A model generated the notes under the pieces. That model was not told the origin of the DNA and made no database searches. It saw nothing but the letters and a program-made list of their open reading frames with translations. The position numbers and the translations under genes were made by a program. Shown in pieces: positions 1-7,949 of a DNA stretch of 64,000 nt. Position 1 is the stretch's first letter, and every line of letters starts with the position of its first letter. This stretch comes from a virus: positions 82,720 through 146,719 of IMG/VR virus record IMGVR_UViG_3300020183_000012; one strand, 5' to 3'.

Positions 1-14
1 TTTGAAGGATTGTC

Positions 15-311
15 ATGTCAAGAAAGAACAGATCATACATTTTGGTAGTTCGCTGCACCGTAGACGCGGTGGAATCTGTGCTTTCTGCGGAAAAAAGGTG
101 TCCTTTTATTAGCAATCAGGTGGATTCCCGATATGCTTCGTCGTGGGGAAGTCAATACGAAATTGTTTATTCATGCAAACTAAAAAAAGACGCCTTTGCA
201 ATCAAGAGATGGTGGCTTGAAAATGGGCAACTGGACAATCCTGAGTTTTCAATAAATCAGTCATGCTCCACATATTCTACAACCCGTCAAACGATTCTTT
301 TAGGGTACTGA
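15..311 (+). CDS. hypothetical protein
   Basis: ORF with GAAGGA upstream; no recognisable motif; overlaps next ORF by 49 nt. Confidence 0.4.
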   Translation: MSRKNRSYILVVRCTVDAVESVLSAEKRCPFISNQVDSRYASSWGSQYEIVYSCKLKKDAFAIKRWWLENGQLDNPEFSINQSCSTYSTTRQTILLGY

Positions 312-472
312 AATACGACTACGAAGTAAGGGACTTCATCAATCGCCCAATTTACTCAGGCGGTCAATGGAAATACATTCAACTAAGTCCCGATGACTGC
401 ATCGCAAAGTTGATGCAATTCGTCAGAGATGAAACACCGAGCGATGAGTACCGCTCTGACGAACTTATTTGA
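263..472 (+). CDS. hypothetical protein
   Basis: 69-aa ORF, same strand as rest of array. Confidence 0.55.
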   Translation: MLHIFYNPSNDSFRVLKYDYEVRDFINRPIYSGGQWKYIQLSPDDCIAKLMQFVRDETPSDEYRSDELI

Positions 473-480
473 CACAACAG

Positions 481-525
481 GGTCAGTTTAGGTTGGTTGA
501 GGCTTGTTTAGATAAGGTATGATTT
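481..525 (+). ncRNA. solo GNY-NN pentamer run (candidate guide RNA of the RAMP-associated system)
   Basis: ggtca gttta ggttg gttga ggctt gttta gataa ggtat gattt: 9/9 pentamers G at position 1 and pyrimidine at position 3. Confidence 0.6.
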
Positions 526-550
526 TTCATCGGGTGAATAAACTAATGGC

Positions 551-916
551 ATGAGTCACCCTTACCATCACGCTCTGTCAAGTGTCAAGCGTTTCGGAGG
601 CACTTGGAGCGATTACATTGAGATTCACGAATGGTTCGATCAGACGAAGGCTCTTATCCCTGATGTTCGTCATCGGGCAATCCTTCATTCGTCTTTCGGA
701 ATCTTCCTGTGCCAACAGGTTTTCGGTGAGGTTCTTGTGCGGGATTCTGACGGAAAGCCCGTGCCTGTCCGTACCATTGCGGAGCAACACATTATTGAGG
801 ACATGGGATTTATCCCTACTCCTCAAGATTGGTTTGCGGGTATGCAGCCCGAGAAGTGGATGGCAAGAGGAGCAAAGCCTCTTTCCGCTGAAACAGAACA
901 AGTTTTGGCTGACTAG
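551..916 (+). CDS. DUF6915-like phage protein
   Basis: HPYHHAxSSxxxFGG, IHxWFDxTK, RHRAxxHxxFGI and AEQHIxED motifs; leaderless start 6 nt after TAAACT. Confidence 0.8.
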   Translation: MSHPYHHALSSVKRFGGTWSDYIEIHEWFDQTKALIPDVRHRAILHSSFGIFLCQQVFGEVLVRDSDGKPVPVRTIAEQHIIEDMGFIPTPQDWFAGMQPEKWMARGAKPLSAETEQVLAD

Positions 917-926
917 ACAATCTTAA

Positions 927-1000
927 GTTCCCGTGGCTCAGTTGGATAGAGCAGCCGCCTTCTAAGCGGCAGGTCGCTGGTTCGAGTCCAGCCGGGAACG
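927..1000 (+). tRNA. tRNA-Arg(TCT), no encoded CCA
   Basis: acceptor GTTCCCG/CGGGAAC, anticodon arm GCCGC-CTTCTAA-GCGGC, T-loop TTCGAGT. Confidence 0.95.
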
Positions 1001-1008
1001 CTTCTACG

Positions 1009-1034
1009 ATACCCGGTTCATAGCCGGGTATTTT
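1009..1034 (+). terminator. intrinsic terminator-like hairpin
   Basis: ATACCCGG-TTCATAG-CCGGGTAT followed by TTT. Confidence 0.6.
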
Positions 1035-1225
1035 AACTAATCCGGGGAATCTGCATTATTTTGCTTGCCTATTTGGTCTATTGGGCTATAGTTCCACCTC
1101 TGAAGAGATGATTCAAGGTGCATAGACTACATAGGTGAAAGTTGCATCCCGAGAATAGACTAATGGGGTAATAGTGCCGCACCGAGTGGCACAACAAGTT
1201 GAGCATTCGCACAAGGATACAAATA

Positions 1226-1864
1226 ATGCCTGTTGCAAGTCCTATTGATACCGGAACACGCACCTTGACTTTCATCATCAAGGGAATCGCACCGTTGATG
1301 ATGCACAACGGTCTGTTGGCTTCGCCCTTCTATTCGTATACCAAGCGTCTGAAGGAGATCACCAAGAAGCGCGGCAAGACCGAAGAGGATCATATTGAGG
1401 TGGCTAAGATTGAGTGGGAAGGCGGTCTTTACATGAGTAGCCGCGATGCGGATACTGGTCTTTGGTCTGAGGACTCGCATCCCATCATTCCCGCTGAGTG
1501 TCTTTACGCGACCCTTCTCGCGGGAGCAAAGGCTTTCAAAGGCGGGATGTCTTTCAAGGCAGGAGTGTTCATTACTCAATCGGCTCGTCTGCGCTACAAG
1601 GGAGACAACAAGATCAAGACTCTTGCTGACCTTCGTGGCAAAGATATTTTCATCGACTCCCGCCTCGTTGATGTAAACGGCAGCAAGGTGACGCGAACCC
1701 GCCCGATCTTCCACGATTGGTCGTGCGAGTTCAATGTTGAGTATGATCCGTCCGTTGTTGATGAAGCAGACCTTATCCGTTGGGTTCAAACGGGCGGTAG
1801 GCTCAAGGGTCTTTGCGAACTGCGTCCAACGATGGGTCGGTTCACCATTGAGTCTTACAAGTGA
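1226..1864 (+). CDS. stand-alone Cas7/Csm3-like RAMP-fold protein (Vipr-like)
   Basis: N-terminal strand IKGIAPLMMH, PIIPAECLYATL (compare Cas7/Csm3 PxIPGSSLKG), WSCEFNVEYD, C-terminal G-loop GLCELRPTMGRFTI; ACAAGGA RBS before ATG 1226; followed by pentamer array. Confidence 0.7.
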   Translation: MPVASPIDTGTRTLTFIIKGIAPLMMHNGLLASPFYSYTKRLKEITKKRGKTEEDHIEVAKIEWEGGLYMSSRDADTGLWSEDSHPIIPAECLYATLLAGAKAFKGGMSFKAGVFITQSARLRYKGDNKIKTLADLRGKDIFIDSRLVDVNGSKVTRTRPIFHDWSCEFNVEYDPSVVDEADLIRWVQTGGRLKGLCELRPTMGRFTIESYK

Positions 1865-1870
1865 TGCTCT

Positions 1871-2204
1871 CCTCTCTCCGCAGAAATGCGTAGAGAGGCT
1901 TTCTTATGGTCTGCTTTGGCAGGATACGGTTCGTTGCGCTCAGGAGTGGTCTGCTTCTCGCCTTCTACCGGGGAAACCCGGTTTGGAGGCTTTCTTTAGG
2001 TCGGATGCCCTCAGATTGGGCTAGTTTAGGTAGGGTGTGATGCGATGTGTTCCGCTTCTCGCCTTCTACCGGGGAAACCCGGTTTGGAGGCTTTCTTTAG
2101 TCTTGTTGGGGCATGATACGGTCAGGTTCGGTAAGGTCAGAAGAGGTATGCTTCTCGCCTTCTACCGGGGAAACCCGGTTTGAAGGCTTTCGTGGGTACG
2201 GCAA
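1871..2204 (+). ncRNA. array of GNY-NN pentamer runs separated by a conserved GAAA-tetraloop hairpin repeat
   Basis: repeat GCTTCTCGCCTTCTACCGGGGAAACCCGGTTTG(G/A)AGGCTTTC at 1953, 2054, 2150; related hairpin at 1871-1898; variable runs 1908-1952, 1999-2053, 2100-2149 are exact multiples of 5 nt. Confidence 0.8.
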
Positions 2205-2273
2205 AGTTGCATCCGTTGAATAAAGTAGTCTTGCCCAAGTGGGCAATCTCAATCATCTAGGAGCAGAACAACA

Positions 2274-3284
2274 ATGGCACATGGAATTAAGAATCGTGAT
2301 CGCGTCCTCATCGTTGGTGACCGTGGTTGGCACGGGTTGGGTCAGCAGATGGATTCGATCAGCATGACCGATCTCAAGGAGCAGTTCCCATACTCCTACG
2401 AGAAGGTTCCGATGTTCACCGCCGATGGCGTGGAAGTTGAAGGCTTCAAGGCTGTCATCACTACCGATGACAAGCAGAGCAACGGTGTCGTGGGTGACAC
2501 CTACGAGATCATCAACCTTGACGAGATGTTTGGTCTTGCTAACGATCTTGTTGTTGCTCACGGGACGGGTCGTGTTGTCAGCGCAGGAAGCCTTCACAAC
2601 CGCGAGGACTTTTTCGTTGATCTCGGCATCGACCGCGAGTTCCGCAGCGGTGAGGATGTCAACAAGCCATTCATCGGTATCACCAACAACTTCTGTGGTA
2701 TGCGCCACTTCGTTGCGGGAGCGCACATGAACAGGATCGTCTGCGCCAATACTCTGAATCTCATGCTCCGCGAAGTCAAGGGTTCTCCTCGCGCCATCAA
2801 GATTCGTCACACTAAGGGTGCATGGAACCGACTCGCTGAGGCGAAGCGCATTCTCGGCATCACCCTTGCCGCGTTCGACAAGGCTGATGAGGAGATGCAC
2901 CAAATGATCTCCAAGAAGATGACCGATGCAGAGATCGCTTCGTACTATGATGCCATCATGCCGATGACCAACATCCCGCCTCGCCGTGCAGACGAGAACG
3001 AGGAGCAGTATGAAGCCCGTGTTGAAACCATCGAACGCGCAAACCGCAAGGCTTCCCGTGTCCGTGCAGAGTGGAGCATGACGCTTGACAACGAGCGCGG
3101 CGTTCTTGGTCAGGAGCCGAACCTTTGGCTTGCGATGAACTCCGTGACCAAGTGGGTTCAGCATGAGAATCAGGTGAAGAACGAATCGACCAATCCCCTG
3201 ATCCGTGGTTGGAGCAACCGTTTTGCAACGGGCTTCAAGATGACAAACGAAGCCCATGACGCAGCATTGTCTGTGCTTGGGTAA
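2274..3284 (+). CDS. DUF932/DUF945-family phage/plasmid protein
   Basis: WHGLG near N-terminus, RIVCANTL motif, KIRHT, LWxAxNxVT. Confidence 0.85.
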   Translation: MAHGIKNRDRVLIVGDRGWHGLGQQMDSISMTDLKEQFPYSYEKVPMFTADGVEVEGFKAVITTDDKQSNGVVGDTYEIINLDEMFGLANDLVVAHGTGRVVSAGSLHNREDFFVDLGIDREFRSGEDVNKPFIGITNNFCGMRHFVAGAHMNRIVCANTLNLMLREVKGSPRAIKIRHTKGAWNRLAEAKRILGITLAAFDKADEEMHQMISKKMTDAEIASYYDAIMPMTNIPPRRADENEEQYEARVETIERANRKASRVRAEWSMTLDNERGVLGQEPNLWLAMNSVTKWVQHENQVKNESTNPLIRGWSNRFATGFKMTNEAHDAALSVLG

Positions 3285-3294
3285 ACCGAACTAA

Positions 3295-3385
3295 GGTTAG
3301 GTATGGCGAGTCTAGGTATGCCCTGCCATTGTATGGTCTGTCAAGTTCAGTCCCCTTCACCGGAGAAATCCGGTGGAGGGGTTTT
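3295..3385 (+). ncRNA. solo GNY-NN pentamer run plus GAAA hairpin
   Basis: 12 pentamers ggtta...gtccc, then CCCCTTCACCGGA-GAAA-TCCGGTGGAGGGG-TTTT. Confidence 0.7.
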
Positions 3386-3403
3386 GCCGATAAACATAAT
3401 GAC

Positions 3404-3474
3404 TGCCTTGTGGTGAAACGGTATCACGGGAGACTTTGGATCTCCTTTTCTTGGTTCAAATCCAAGCAGGGCAA
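3404..3474 (+). tRNA. tRNA-Gln(TTG), no encoded CCA
   Basis: acceptor TGCCTTG/CAGGGCA, anticodon arm GGAGA-CTTTGGA-TCTCC, T-arm CTTGG-TTCAAAT-CCAAG. Confidence 0.9.
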
Positions 3475-3517
3475 ATCTTTCATCCTGGAAATAAACTAAT
3501 CGGACAAGGAGAACCGG

Positions 3518-3733
3518 ATGCAGAACCCCGTTACCATCACCGAAAACTGCCGAATCACCGGAGAGGCTTACTCAGTCACGGTGGATTCAGGCGACCTTGA
3601 GCGTTACAAGAACGGCGAGGGTCTGATTCAGAACATCTTCCACTACCTTAACGCAGGGGATCGTGAGTTCATCAAGACAGGCATCTCGCCCAAGGGTTGG
3701 GAAATCATGTTTGCAAACGAAGAAGAGGACTAA
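3518..3733 (+). CDS. hypothetical phage protein
   Basis: promoter/RBS repeat upstream; LIQ..F..L....REFIKTGI motif. Confidence 0.8.
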   Translation: MQNPVTITENCRITGEAYSVTVDSGDLERYKNGEGLIQNIFHYLNAGDREFIKTGISPKGWEIMFANEEED

Positions 3734-3735
3734 CA

Positions 3736-3993
3736 ATGTCATTTGAACTACGCGCACGGATTATGATTGGAAGAGGGTACAAGTTTGCCCTCGCTCAGAT
3801 TTCTGAGGACGGTGTTAATGAGTTCATCCCTGCATTTGCAAACCGTGGTGCTTTTCTTGTTCCCATATGGATCAAGTCTCAGGATGCCCACAATGTTGTC
3901 GCGGTTCTTGGTAGTGAACCAACAGACGATCAGAAGGAAGTGACCATCCCGCGTGGCTACATCCTCAGCATCGCAATGATGCCAAGTATGTAA
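3736..3993 (+). CDS. hypothetical protein
   Basis: GAGGA RBS before ATG 3736. Confidence 0.7.
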   Translation: MSFELRARIMIGRGYKFALAQISEDGVNEFIPAFANRGAFLVPIWIKSQDAHNVVAVLGSEPTDDQKEVTIPRGYILSIAMMPSM

Positions 3994-4057
3994 GTGCCAT
4001 CTCAATAATTGGCAATCTTTCATCGGGCAAATAAACTAATAGGACAAGGAGAACCGG

Positions 4058-4255
4058 ATGCAGAACCCCTTTGACAACGAACCTGAGTGTTCCTGTGACG
4101 GCTGTGACGGCAAGTTTCCCGAATCATTGATGCGTCCTGCCACCTACCGTTATGTGGACGAATCTTGGGAGACTTTCCACTTCTGCCCGTCATGCATCGC
4201 TAGAGATAGAAAACTGGATGAAGAAGCGCACCTCCGGTCACCGCACCTGTGGTGA
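4058..4255 (+). CDS. small Cys-rich (zinc-finger-like) protein
   Basis: CxxC...CxxC; repeat upstream. Confidence 0.75.
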   Translation: MQNPFDNEPECSCDGCDGKFPESLMRPATYRYVDESWETFHFCPSCIARDRKLDEEAHLRSPHLW

Positions 4256-4280
4256 TCGACAAATGAACTAACTGTGCAAA

Positions 4281-4484
4281 ATGAGCAAGAAAGACGATTC
4301 TTCAAGAAAATCAAAGAGCCTTGGGGAACTGATTGACCGTTGTCCAAGATGCGGTCGTACAATCACTTGGTTCAACGACATTCCGCTCAGGGGTTTCTGT
4401 TGGGGAACGCCCGATAACGAACACGAAGAGTATTCCGTGATTGTCTGTCAGAAGAAGATCGAAGATTTTTCATCGCGGAAATAA
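4281..4484 (+). CDS. hypothetical protein with CPRC motif
   Basis: degenerate repeat upstream; stop lies within next repeat. Confidence 0.6.
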   Translation: MSKKDDSSRKSKSLGELIDRCPRCGRTITWFNDIPLRGFCWGTPDNEHEEYSVIVCQKKIEDFSSRK

Positions 4485-4507
4485 AGTAGTTGCACAGGAA
4501 ACAAGCA

Positions 4508-4825
4508 ATGAGCGATGCATTTTCTAAAGAAATAAACTCTCATGTCTCCTCCATGAAGCAGGACATGAAAGATGTGGTTGACAAAGAACTTAAGTCTCTT
4601 GTCCTCTCCCTTGTTTCCGAGGGAATCGTCAATGCCAATTTTGACGACAAGGGCTATCTGAACGACATTTCGTTTACGGAAGGAGGCAAGGCTTTCATGG
4701 AAGTCTTGGCTTTCAATCTATCGCACCGAATCGAAAAGATTATTGAGAGCGATGGCATCAAGGAAAAGGAAAAGCAGGAACTTAAATCAGTCCTGAAGCA
4801 CATGAAAAACTTGCCGCTCCCGTGA
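4508..4825 (+). CDS. hypothetical protein
   Basis: repeat and CAGGA upstream of ATG 4508. Confidence 0.7.
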   Translation: MSDAFSKEINSHVSSMKQDMKDVVDKELKSLVLSLVSEGIVNANFDDKGYLNDISFTEGGKAFMEVLAFNLSHRIEKIIESDGIKEKEKQELKSVLKHMKNLPLP

Positions 4826-4846
4826 TGGAGCCGTATAGTTTGGAAA

Positions 4847-4920
4847 GCCCTCGTAGTTCAGTTGGATAGAGCGACGGTTTCCTAAACCGTAGGTCACAGG
4901 TTCGAACCCTGTCGGGGGCG
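4847..4920 (+). tRNA. tRNA-Arg(CCT), no encoded CCA
   Basis: acceptor GCCCTCG/CGGGGGC, anticodon arm ACGGT-TTCCTAA-ACCGT, T-loop TTCGAAC. Confidence 0.95.
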
Positions 4921-4954
4921 TTTCAAAGTTTCATCACAGGAATAAACTAGAAAT

Positions 4955-5266
4955 ATGAACACGAATTACGAAGATTTCCTCAGTCTCAGCGAAGTGACCG
5001 CTGCCGTTGCGCTTGCAGAAGGCGACAATACAACGGGAATGGAACTCATCCTGCTGAATGACGATGACGGCAATCTGACGGGAGCAGTTGCAGTCCATAC
5101 GGACGGTACGCTTGTCGGTCTTGATACTTCCGACATTATGACTGCCGTAGGATATCACAAGAACAAGGATGCTTTCACAAATGACGGCGAAGGAGCCGTC
5201 ACGGTGCGCCTTGAGGACGGATTCGTAACGGGGATTGATGTCGTTTTGAGAACCCACGAGTCTTGA
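4955..5266 (+). CDS. acidic hypothetical protein
   Basis: leaderless ATG 6 nt after TAAACT. Confidence 0.75.
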   Translation: MNTNYEDFLSLSEVTAAVALAEGDNTTGMELILLNDDDGNLTGAVAVHTDGTLVGLDTSDIMTAVGYHKNKDAFTNDGEGAVTVRLEDGFVTGIDVVLRTHES

Positions 5267-5370
5267 GTTCATCTCACGGGTCGCACTCTCGTTATAAGTG
5301 CAAACACTACGACCATCTGTAGCCTAAATGCTCAGGTGGTCATTTTACATCCGGCAAACAGGATAATAGT

Positions 5371-5565
5371 ATGAAGAAGCAAAGACAGAGCGAAATACGC
5401 AGGGCTTTGAGTCCAAACTCAGAATCCATCATGGCTTCATTTTGGTTTCTATGCGGATTCTTTGTGTTACTTTACATTTTCATAAAGACACCAATACTAA
5501 ATGTCATTTCACAGTATGTTCTTCATCCTATCAGGGATGCCCTGATGCCGGGGCCGCCGCCATGA
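5371..5565 (+). CDS. small membrane protein
   Basis: hydrophobic segment FWFLCGFFVLLYIFI. Confidence 0.55.
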   Translation: MKKQRQSEIRRALSPNSESIMASFWFLCGFFVLLYIFIKTPILNVISQYVLHPIRDALMPGPPP

Positions 5566-5621
5566 GAACGAGCACGAAAGTTTCATCCGTTGAATAAACT
5601 AATCGTACAAGGAGAGCATAA

Positions 5622-6332
5622 ATGCCAAACTGGACTGGAAATCTTCTCAAGGTCAAGGGTAAGAAGGCCGACCGCGATCTGTTTGCATCCGAACTCAAGG
5701 CTTTCATCCGCAGCAAGTTCAAGCCTCTAATCAACAAGTGGGCGGAGGAAAACCCAGACGAGTGCCGCAACAAGTACGAGAAGCGAATCGTTCCGGTGTT
5801 CGACTTCAACTTCGTGATCCCAATGCCCGAGGAACTGGAAGGCACTACTTCTCCCCGTCCGATGACGCGAGAGCAAATCATTCATTTGGCGAAGGAGAAT
5901 GAATGGCCGGAGGACACTCTGAAGTGGCGGCTTGAAAACGCTCTTACTGAAGATGATGCAAAGCGTCTTGATGAACTTAAGAGCCGCTATGGTTTCGATA
6001 ACTGGTACGAATGGTGCTGTGCCCATTGGGGGACTAAGTGGAATGCCTGTAACTCTGAAGGTAACAGCCCCCAAGAAACAGCGACCATGACTATCTACAG
6101 TTTCGATACCGCTTGGTCACCGCCTGTCCCTGTCATTCACGCACTTGCCGCTGCCTACCCCAAACTGACTTTCCGCCTTGACTTTACCCTTGAGGGTGAG
6201 TCAGGAAAGTGGAACATTATTGGCGATTCCAAGCAATACGCAGGGTGCATCAAGGCACTTGCGAAACGCCAAGTGGAGTTGGAACAGACGATCTGTGCAA
6301 TGTTCCGTGAAGGCACTATCGAAAGCAAATAA
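5622..6332 (+). CDS. DUF1281/YubB ferredoxin-like domain protein
   Basis: MPNW start, NWYEW....WGTKWNA, FDTAWSPP. Confidence 0.85.
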   Translation: MPNWTGNLLKVKGKKADRDLFASELKAFIRSKFKPLINKWAEENPDECRNKYEKRIVPVFDFNFVIPMPEELEGTTSPRPMTREQIIHLAKENEWPEDTLKWRLENALTEDDAKRLDELKSRYGFDNWYEWCCAHWGTKWNACNSEGNSPQETATMTIYSFDTAWSPPVPVIHALAAAYPKLTFRLDFTLEGESGKWNIIGDSKQYAGCIKALAKRQVELEQTICAMFREGTIESK

Positions 6333-6350
6333 TCTGCCGATAGAGGAGAT

Positions 6351-6797
6351 ATGGCTAACTTTCTCCGTTCCATCTTTGCTGCGCTAAAGGAGCCATTTCC
6401 GGCTGCGATATGCAACTGTATCCTTGATGCCTATGTCCATCCACGCGACATTCCTGTCGTGATCCAATACATGAAGGACTTTACTTATCAAGATATAAGT
6501 CTTTCTTTCGGAAACACGGACAGTCCAGATAGGACTCACATTGAGGTGAAATTCAGGGATTCGGAGTGGACTCCCAACGAGATCGTTGATTCTTTCTTTA
6601 TTTATCAGGACGATCTTCAAAGACTCATCCCCAATGGGGAATTCGTTTTCTCCATCCAAGATCACCATGTTGTTCCGTCATTTAGGAACATCATAAGGGA
6701 GAAGTACCGCACCTTCTTGTCGCGGTGGACTAGACACCGGATGAAGGTAAGCAAGCGTTGGAGGTCAGGAGATGTCGAAGTTACATCATGTAAATAA
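6351..6797 (+). CDS. hypothetical protein
   Basis: GAGGAG RBS; GCCGATAG box at 6336. Confidence 0.7.
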   Translation: MANFLRSIFAALKEPFPAAICNCILDAYVHPRDIPVVIQYMKDFTYQDISLSFGNTDSPDRTHIEVKFRDSEWTPNEIVDSFFIYQDDLQRLIPNGEFVFSIQDHHVVPSFRNIIREKYRTFLSRWTRHRMKVSKRWRSGDVEVTSCK

Positions 6798-6821
6798 ACT
6801 AATTGGACAAGGAGAACACCC

Positions 6822-7184
6822 ATGACATTCATTCCCGCCAACTTTGATGCCATGCTGACCGATCCCGGCAAAACCGTTGCGAAAGACCCATGCTTCCGTT
6901 CATGCCGAAACATGGGTTTTCAGATGACCTTCTCCAACGGATGGATGATCTCCGTACAGTTTGGAGCGTTCAACTACTGCTCCAACCGCGACTTGAACGC
7001 AGACTCAACCATGTTTCTTGATGGGCCGAAGGGGACTCTGGAGTGCGCCAACGCCGAGGTTGCCGTCTTCAACCCTGACGGCGATTTTGTTCGCCCCGAT
7101 GGTTTTGACTTTAGTGAAGATGTGAAGGGTTTTGTTAACCCTGACGAGGTTTCTCTTTTGGTTAGGTGGGTTTCTAGCCGATAA
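6822..7184 (+). CDS. hypothetical phage protein
   Basis: repeat upstream; GFQMTFSNGW.ISVQFG..NYC motif. Confidence 0.8.
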   Translation: MTFIPANFDAMLTDPGKTVAKDPCFRSCRNMGFQMTFSNGWMISVQFGAFNYCSNRDLNADSTMFLDGPKGTLECANAEVAVFNPDGDFVRPDGFDFSEDVKGFVNPDEVSLLVRWVSSR

Positions 7185-7209
7185 AGGGTTCCTACAGAAA
7201 GGAACTCCT

Positions 7210-7500
7210 ATGGGCAAGATCAAATCATTTACATTAAATATAGAACCGGAAATCGTCAGTCAGACCTACCCTGAACTTACCGAAGCACAGGTCGCCGCCG
7301 TCATGGAAGAACTGATTCAGTACGAAACTGACATCTTTGACTTCATATTCGAGAAAATTGAAGAGATTGTTGAGGATACAACCGATGGCGACGAAGAGGC
7401 GGATGATGATGACGAAGATGACGAAGATGACGACGACAATGACGAACCGTGGATGGATGAGGACGAAGACGAAGACGAAGACGAAGACGAAGACTTCTGA
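7210..7500 (+). CDS. highly acidic protein with D/E tail
   Basis: AAGGA RBS; C-terminal ~40 residues almost all D/E, including (GAAGAC)x5 at 7465-7494. Confidence 0.75.
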   Translation: MGKIKSFTLNIEPEIVSQTYPELTEAQVAAVMEELIQYETDIFDFIFEKIEEIVEDTTDGDEEADDDDEDDEDDDDNDEPWMDEDEDEDEDEDEDF

Positions 7501-7542
7501 AAGTTTCATCCGCTGAATAAACTAATCGGACAAGGAGAACCC

Positions 7543-7845
7543 ATGACGAAGAAGATGACCGTGCACGAATCGTTGGCTTGCAACAATTGCCTCATCGCAA
7601 TTACGATGCTCGACCTGTCGCTGAACGATGTCTACGGTGGTGGTGGTGCGAAGTCGATGATCCGCGAACTCGCCCCTGAGTTTTGCGGGAGCCACTACAA
7701 CTCCGAACACATCACCGACCGTTGGGATGATATCAAAGAGATTCTGATGAATCTTGACATTCCTGACGATCATCAGTCGAATCTCGCAGGGATGGCTGCG
7801 GAGGAGTCCATTCAGACTCTCCTGCTTGTCCGCGCTGTCGGTTAA
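7543..7845 (+). CDS. hypothetical protein
   Basis: repeat upstream. Confidence 0.75.
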   Translation: MTKKMTVHESLACNNCLIAITMLDLSLNDVYGGGGAKSMIRELAPEFCGSHYNSEHITDRWDDIKEILMNLDIPDDHQSNLAGMAAEESIQTLLLVRAVG

Positions 7846-7949
7846 GACTTTGGGTTCTCCTCCCCATTAGACGGGTAGGTTCTTCTTCGGAAGTTCCTAC
7901 CCGTCAACTTTACATCCGGGGAATAAACTAACTGTACAAGGAGAACCCG

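Noticed and set aside
1035-1140. Further pentamer run before the RAMP-like gene
   Set aside because: No register gives consistent G1/Y3.
1953-2191. Canonical CRISPR array
   Set aside because: Spacers are 45-55 nt and internally periodic rather than foreign-looking, and no cas1/cas2/cas6 is in the window; reported as a pentamer array instead.
5215-5345. tmRNA-like snippets (GGATTCG..ACGGGG, ATAAGTGCAAAC)
   Set aside because: No tag peptide ending AA-stop in frame and no 3' T-arm/CCA; the 5' part lies in a good ORF.
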